Positions 58,372 through 64,000 of a stretch of 64,000 nucleotides of DNA are shown here, one piece after another; positions within the stretch are counted from its first letter, which is position 1; each line of letters starts with the position of its first letter. This stretch comes from a virus (lineage: Duplodnaviria > Caudoviricetes). A model generated the notes under the pieces. The model ran no database searches and was not told the origin of the DNA. It worked only from the letters and a program-made list of their open reading frames with translations. The stretch lies in the IMG/VR virus record IMGVR_UViG_2541047295_000015, positions 54,867 through 118,866 of that record, one strand, 5' to 3'. A program made the translations under genes and the position numbers.

Positions 58372-59811
58372 ATGTACAATAATAACAATTTTTATGAAAA
58401 TATAAATGGTAGATATGTTCAAGATTACATAAAGAATTTGGATTATAGTATAGGTGATTGTGAAGATAGAATTACGTATGTAGAAGAAATATTAGAAATT
58501 AAACATACTTGGTTTGAAGAAGTAAGTAGAAATTATACAGATAAATACTATAATTCTGTTTCAAAAAGAAACGAAGAGGTTATTACAAAAGTAAAGTATC
58601 AAGAGAAAAAACAGTTTAATAATGAATTTTGGGAAGAAATATTTGAACAAACTTCAGATAGCCCTTTAAATAAAGATGGTATATATTATGTAGACAAAAA
58701 TGGTGAAGAAGTAGCAATGGAGTATAAGAGATTTATTAAGTGGTGTAAATTAAAAGATATAAGTCCAACTGAATATGTAGGTGCAGTTAATCCATTTAGT
58801 AGTAGTGAAGGAACATGGGATTATAACAATAATGATACTTCTAAAGTTAAATTAATATTAAATAAAAATGATAGCACATATTCAACATCAAATATAGCTA
58901 AAAGCTTAGAAATATTAGCTAGTTACATATTAGCAGTAGATGATAAAAGTAAAGAAACTAAAATAAAAATGTACAATTCAAAAGAACTTTTCAAAAGAGC
59001 ATGTCAAGAAGAGGCTCTTCTAAATAAAATAGCTACAGTCAATGGTGAAAATACATATTCAAAAGCTTCAAATAAAGATGAACTCAAAGAAGATAATTCA
59101 TTTGCAATTTTCCAGATACCCAAAAACTATAAAAAAATAAAAGATATTAAAATAAAATCTAAAGATATTAAAAAATATCCTATGTTAAAAATGTATTCAG
59201 ATACTTATGAATGGTATAAAAGCAAATATAAGGAACTAGGATATAGAGAATTAAATAAGGAAGACTTGAAGATAAAAAGGGTAGTTAGAAAGAATTTGAA
59301 ATTATTAAAAAATGACATGATTGATGCTAAAAATTCAATAGAAAGACCTATTGTTTGGAAGGCACCATTAAAAGACTCTGGTAACCCTGATTGGAATTAT
59401 TTAAATATGTTTGATAAAACCCATGTCAAAGAACTTTTAAGAGTTCAGAAAGGAAATGATTTACAGGATGATTTATCATGTATTGTTATGGATTTAAATA
59501 ACATTATTTCCAAGATTGAATTTACTAAAATACAAATAGATATATTAAGCATGTATAGGAGAGATAAATCTTTGGAGTATATTTCTGATATTATGAATAT
59601 AACTTCTCCAGCAGTAAGCAAACAAATTGATAAAATAGTAAATAAAATAATTAGTACTTATGAAAAAGAGTATGAAGAAAATTACTATTATATGTCTGTT
59701 TGCAAAGGAAAGTACAAGAAGTGTAGCAGATGTGGGGAAATCAAATTATTATCTAAATTCGATAAGAATGGGAAAAAAGGATATAGGTCAAACTGTAAGA
59801 GTTGCAACTAG
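58372..59811 (+). CDS. Large regulator with sigma-region-4-like HTH and C-terminal Zn finger
   Basis: 'SLEYISDIMNITSPAVSKQID'. CSRC...CKSC. Confidence 0.55.
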   Translation: MYNNNNFYENINGRYVQDYIKNLDYSIGDCEDRITYVEEILEIKHTWFEEVSRNYTDKYYNSVSKRNEEVITKVKYQEKKQFNNEFWEEIFEQTSDSPLNKDGIYYVDKNGEEVAMEYKRFIKWCKLKDISPTEYVGAVNPFSSSEGTWDYNNNDTSKVKLILNKNDSTYSTSNIAKSLEILASYILAVDDKSKETKIKMYNSKELFKRACQEEALLNKIATVNGENTYSKASNKDELKEDNSFAIFQIPKNYKKIKDIKIKSKDIKKYPMLKMYSDTYEWYKSKYKELGYRELNKEDLKIKRVVRKNLKLLKNDMIDAKNSIERPIVWKAPLKDSGNPDWNYLNMFDKTHVKELLRVQKGNDLQDDLSCIVMDLNNIISKIEFTKIQIDILSMYRRDKSLEYISDIMNITSPAVSKQIDKIVNKIISTYEKEYEENYYYMSVCKGKYKKCSRCGEIKLLSKFDKNGKKGYRSNCKSCN

Positions 59812-59929
59812 TTGGTGGGGAAAAGTGGTTAAGAAAATGCTTGTTTAAAACATATTAATAGTGTAAGGGGATAAAAATAAGACCTCTTATTATCAAATGA
59901 AAATTACATGAAAAAGGGAGATTGGAAAT

Positions 59930-60208
59930 ATGAAGACTAAAGAATTTATAAAAATAATAGCAGATGGGCTAGAGATATCACAGATAAAAGCAAGAGAAAT
60001 ACTTGATGTGATAGAAGAAAAAAGAAATGAAGTATTAAAAAGCGGTGATGAGTTGACTCTTATGGGAGTAAAATATTTAACTAAGGTACAAAAAGGTAGA
60101 GAGGGTGAAATAACCCTTGAAAATGGAACTAAAAAGCTTTGGAAATCAGAAGATAAGATAATACCTAAATTAAAAGCAGTTAAATCCTTAAAAGATGCAG
60201 TAAAATAA
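59930..60208 (+). CDS. HU family DNA-binding protein
   Basis: MKTKEFIK..A, 'REG', 'PKLKAVKSLKDAVK'. Confidence 0.8.
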   Translation: MKTKEFIKIIADGLEISQIKAREILDVIEEKRNEVLKSGDELTLMGVKYLTKVQKGREGEITLENGTKKLWKSEDKIIPKLKAVKSLKDAVK

Positions 60209-60367
60209 TGTATAGTACTATATATACTTGATATAATAGGAGTTAGAGACTTATCTAGCTCCTTAATTTAAATAATTTTTATAATTGATTTAAACGCTGG
60301 GAAATAAATAATTCCCAGTAGACTTTATAATAAAAACATATAAAAAATAAATTTAAGGAAGATATTT

Positions 60368-60553
60368 ATGAAAAATAATAAAGGAACTGTTTTAGAAAAA
60401 TGTGAAATAGTAAAAGAAGAAGATGGAACAATAAAGATTGTAGAACATTTAAAAGACGGAGATCATGAAGTATTACTTAGTGATATTTTAGATAAATATG
60501 CTGGTGATACAGATTTAAATATAACAATTAGATTAAGTGAAACAATAGTCTAA
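60368..60553 (+). CDS. YonK-like small protein
   Basis: 'IVEHLKDG....LSDILDKY'. SPbeta-like synteny after HU. Confidence 0.5.
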   Translation: MKNNKGTVLEKCEIVKEEDGTIKIVEHLKDGDHEVLLSDILDKYAGDTDLNITIRLSETIV

Positions 60554-60633
60554 GATTAGTATCTTAGACTATTTATTTTTTTACTAATATATTGATAATG
60601 ATATTTATTTAATAAAATAGGGAGATATTAAAT

Positions 60634-61833
60634 ATGGAAGATATATTAAAGAGAAAAGAAAAAGAGACATTAGAAGATTATAGATTCAGAATTAGACTAG
60701 CAAAAGTTAATAAAGAAGTAGATTTAGATTGGGGTGAAATAGTTGAACTATTGGGTTTAGAATGTTCACCAGATCATTGTAGAAAAATCTCATATGGTTT
60801 AAAAGAGGCGCATGATTATATTAATTCAAACATTCCAAAATATTTTAATGAAGAAAAGTTAAATGATATAGAAGAAAAGATATTAGAATTAAAAAAGATT
60901 AGAGTACAAATATCTGATGAAAGAGCTTTAGTTAATAGAAAAATAAGGGAATATTCAAGGCTAGATAGTATAATTAATTTATTTAATAAAAAAATAAATG
61001 AGAAATCACATTATAAGCCACTTTTAGAAACTTATAATTACAAAAGATATGAGCCTTTAAATCAAGAAGCTATTATTCTTATTTCTGATATTCATTATGG
61101 ATTGGAAGTAATTAATTCATTTAATAGATATAATACTAAAATATTTAAAGTACGAATAAATTATTTGAAAAGTAGGATTGTAGAATATTGTGAACTTCAT
61201 AAAATTAAGAGATTGCATATAATGCTACTTGGAGACTTAATTTCTGGTCATATACATAATTCTATAAGATTAGAAAATAGAGAGAATATAGTTGAACAAA
61301 TTATAGAAGTATCTGAAATACTCAGTGACTTTATATATGAGCTATCTCAGAGAATTGATGAAGTTGTAGTTTATTCAGTAGGAGGAAATCATGATAGAGT
61401 TCTTCCAAAGAAAGATGAAAATTTAGATAAAGATAATTTTACACTATTAATAGATGAATACATAAAATTAAGAATTAATAATATAAATAATGTTATATTT
61501 CAAAACAATGTACAAGACAATGATATAATAATAGCCAAAATATGTGGAAATACATGTCTAGGAGTCCATGGAGATAAAGATAAAATATCAACTGCAATTC
61601 CTAAGCTTACATCTCTAATAAAAGTCATTCCTGATTATATCTTCATGGCTCATCTACATAATTGTAAAGAAGATAGTTTTGGAGAAAGTGAAATATGTGT
61701 AAATGGAAGTTTCTGCGGAACAGATACATACGCTAAAAATCTAAGATTAAGTTCATATGCAATGCAAAAATTTATGATATTTAATGAAAATGGAAGATTG
61801 TGTACTTATAATATAAATTTAAGTAAACTATAA
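60634..61833 (+). CDS. Metallophosphoesterase
   Basis: SDIH, GD, GNHD, HGD and AHLH motifs. Confidence 0.88.
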   Translation: MEDILKRKEKETLEDYRFRIRLAKVNKEVDLDWGEIVELLGLECSPDHCRKISYGLKEAHDYINSNIPKYFNEEKLNDIEEKILELKKIRVQISDERALVNRKIREYSRLDSIINLFNKKINEKSHYKPLLETYNYKRYEPLNQEAIILISDIHYGLEVINSFNRYNTKIFKVRINYLKSRIVEYCELHKIKRLHIMLLGDLISGHIHNSIRLENRENIVEQIIEVSEILSDFIYELSQRIDEVVVYSVGGNHDRVLPKKDENLDKDNFTLLIDEYIKLRINNINNVIFQNNVQDNDIIIAKICGNTCLGVHGDKDKISTAIPKLTSLIKVIPDYIFMAHLHNCKEDSFGESEICVNGSFCGTDTYAKNLRLSSYAMQKFMIFNENGRLCTYNINLSKL

Positions 61834-61964
61834 ACTATTTATTAAGAGCTGAGTTAAGTTTATAGTTGTAGACTTATCTCAGCTCTTAATTGAACTGAAT
61901 CTCCCTATTAACCACTAGGGAGTTAATTCTCTAGTGGTTTTTTTTATGGTGGTGATAATAATAT

Positions 61965-62792
61965 ATGGCAGTAAATAAGAAAAAATGTTCTTGCTGTAAA
62001 CAAGAAAAATATGAAGAAAGATATTTCTGGAAAAGTTATAGTTATATATATTTAGATAGTGGAAGATTACCTGTGTGCAAAGAATGTTTTAAAAACATCT
62101 TTGATAGACTAGAAAATAAATATAATAGCAATATAAAAGCATTAAAACATACATGTCTTAATTTTGATATTTATTTTGATGATAAGTTAGCAAGTGAATT
62201 GAGAAATAAAAAAATTGAAGATTTTATTGATGAATATATGAAGATTATTAATCGAAATTCAAGATATCGAGGAAAGACATCAATTGATAATTCTATAGAA
62301 GATAAGATTAATTGTGCTTTTGAAGCAAATGAAGTAAAAATAAACAATGATATGGTTGAAAGATGGGGAGCTGGGCTAAGAGAAGAAGATTATATGTTCT
62401 TAGAAAATAAGTTTAATGAGTTTTCTACTGCATATCAATGTAAAAGACCTGCTGAAAAGATGCTATTAGAACAAATATCTAAATGTTTATTAAGAAGTGA
62501 TGAGGCACTAAGAAATGGTGATGCTACAGGATTTGAGAAAATGAATACCTTAATATCAAAACTTATGAATGATGCAAATATAAAGCCTATTCAAGAAGCA
62601 AGTTTAGCGGAAAATGAAACTATTACATGGGGTACATGGATTGATAAGATAGAGAATTATAGACCTATAGGAGAGCCTTCAGAGCAATTTAAAGATGTAG
62701 ATAAAATAAAAACATATATTAATAAGTGGTTTATAGGGCAAATGAGAAAAGTATTTGACTTAGCCAGTGAGGACAATCCAAATGACAACTAA
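61965..62792 (+). CDS. Zn-finger protein preceding terminase (possible small terminase)
   Basis: CSCC...CKEC. Overlaps the terminase start. Confidence 0.45.
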   Translation: MAVNKKKCSCCKQEKYEERYFWKSYSYIYLDSGRLPVCKECFKNIFDRLENKYNSNIKALKHTCLNFDIYFDDKLASELRNKKIEDFIDEYMKIINRNSRYRGKTSIDNSIEDKINCAFEANEVKINNDMVERWGAGLREEDYMFLENKFNEFSTAYQCKRPAEKMLLEQISKCLLRSDEALRNGDATGFEKMNTLISKLMNDANIKPIQEASLAENETITWGTWIDKIENYRPIGEPSEQFKDVDKIKTYINKWFIGQMRKVFDLASEDNPNDN

Positions 62793-63552
62793 AACTAGAA
62801 AGTTAGATAATCATGAGATTAATTCAGATAAAACTAAAGCTTTTGAAGAAGGTATAATTGAATGGACTAAGTTCTATAGAGAAAATCCTCATAGATTTTG
62901 TATAGATTATTTTGGACTCAATTTGTATTTAGTTCAAAGCATTTTAATATATATGTTTGACAAAGTTAACTATGCAATGCTTATATGTGCTAGAGGATTT
63001 GCAAAGAGTTGGATTGCTGCCGTATATGCATGTTGTAGGGCTGTTTTATACCCAAATTCTAAAATTGGTATAGCTGCATTTACTAAATCGCAGGCAGAAC
63101 TTATTATAAGAGAAAAGATAGAAAAAGAATTAGTAAAACAATCTCCTATGTTAGCTAGAGAGATTAAAAAGATAGAATATAATAATAAATTTTCTAAAGT
63201 AACATTTCACAATGGAAGTACTATAGAAGCTATAGTCTCAAATGAGCAATCAAGAGGTTTCCGTTTCAATATTCTTATTGTAGATGAGTTTAGATTGGTA
63301 AAAAAAGAGATACAAGATAGAATTCTTAAACCATTTCTAAATGTAAGTAGAAATTTGAAGTTTAAAAAAGATGGAAAATATGAAGATTATCCTCCAGAAC
63401 CTAATAAAGAATTGTACTTAAGTAGTGCATGGTTTAGGATGCATGAAGCATATGATAAATTTAAATTGTATGTGAAAGATATGATAGATGGTAGAGATAA
63501 ATTTGTACTTAATTGTAATTATAAACTTTCTCTTCATCATGGGATACTTGAT
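62782..63552 (+). CDS. Terminase large subunit, 5' exon (interrupted by IStron)
   Basis: 'ARGFAKS' Walker A, 'RGFRFNILIVDEF' Walker B, 'YLSSA'. The nuclease domain is missing at the insertion point. Confidence 0.85.
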
Positions 63553-64000
63553 TAAAAAATAGCTACGCACACTTGTGACTTTAGTCGTGAGTTAGTAGCT
63601 AAAATAGTCAGCATATAGGGAAACTTATATGTAGAGATAGGATATAACCTATCCAATACTACCTGAATTGCTGGAAACCCCTAAAGCTAACCAAACTAAA
63701 ACACAAGGATGAAATAAACCTAAGTGTGAAAGTTACGAAAGTAGAAAAAATTGGTTAGATAGTATAAGGTTAAACCCTAAGTACTTTAAAATGGGCAATC
63801 AGCAGGTAAGCTCCGAATAGGAGAAACTTCAACGACTATTCCTCTTGAGGGAAGTACACTACAAGCTATTGGTAGTGGAAGTGGGTAGACCTTAACGATA
63901 AGCGAAGGATAAGATATAGTCTGTGCTTCATGAAATGTAAGAAGTTCATAAGAGAACTGCATAGGTAGTAGCGAACTTATGTGAACGACAACCTCAAAAA
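63553..64000 (+). mobile_element. CdISt1-like IStron, group I intron part (continues beyond window)
   Basis: Begins right after TTGAT (63548-52). IS605-type left-end hairpin (GTGACTTTAGTCGTG). Group I P/Q/R/S elements AATTGCTGGAAA, AATCAGCAG, TCAACGACTA, AAGATATAGTCT. Confidence 0.82.

Noticed and set aside
595-59848. Many short opposite-strand or overlapping ORFs in the track (e.g. 595-882, 1985-2458, 23538-23789, 45859-46215, 53782-53970, 59660-59848)
   Set aside because: Shadow ORFs over well-supported genes, with no RBS or motifs.
60235-61945. tRNA or structured ncRNA in the late-region intergenic hairpins
   Set aside because: Simple stem-loops without cloverleaf or T-loop signatures. 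Likely terminators or mRNA-stabilising hairpins.

Overview
Very AT-rich 64-kb segment of a large temperate Clostridioides difficile-type phage or phage-plasmid. The phiCD211-like, SPbeta-like organisation is inferred from gene content: a CWB2 protein, a CdISt1-type IStron, a C. difficile-type type I TA module, and MrpR/YonK/HU-like genes. Order of modules: tail/receptor-binding cassettes (1-4.9 kb); lysis module with two lysins and two holins (5-7 kb); a tyrosine recombinase, regulators, a type I TA module, and an integrase with an att-like site (7-11.3 kb); accessory secreted/cell-wall genes (11.7-15.7 kb); a minus-strand DNA replication and nucleotide metabolism block (dUTPase, RuvC, gmk, primase, DnaB, ERF, SSB, ThyX-like, DnaE, NrdG, and NrdD split by two group I introns; 16-36 kb); a regulation/replicon region (XRE repressor, LytTR, Rep-like genes with iterons, MrpR-like gene, toxin-immunity pair, Fic pair, antirepressor; 36-49 kb); an array of unannotated micro-operons (50.5-54.5 kb); a second att-like site; a ParMRC partition system; then plus-strand genes up to a terminase interrupted by an IStron. 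The best candidate for an undescribed system is a cassette repeated three times at 52.2-54.5 kb. Each copy has a sigmaA promoter, a ~50-aa peptide with a C-terminal transmembrane helix fully covered by a cis-antisense RNA with its own promoter and terminator, an optional ~33-aa membrane peptide, and a small XRE or AbrB regulator. No CRISPR array or tRNA was seen. All family assignments are by motif recognition only.
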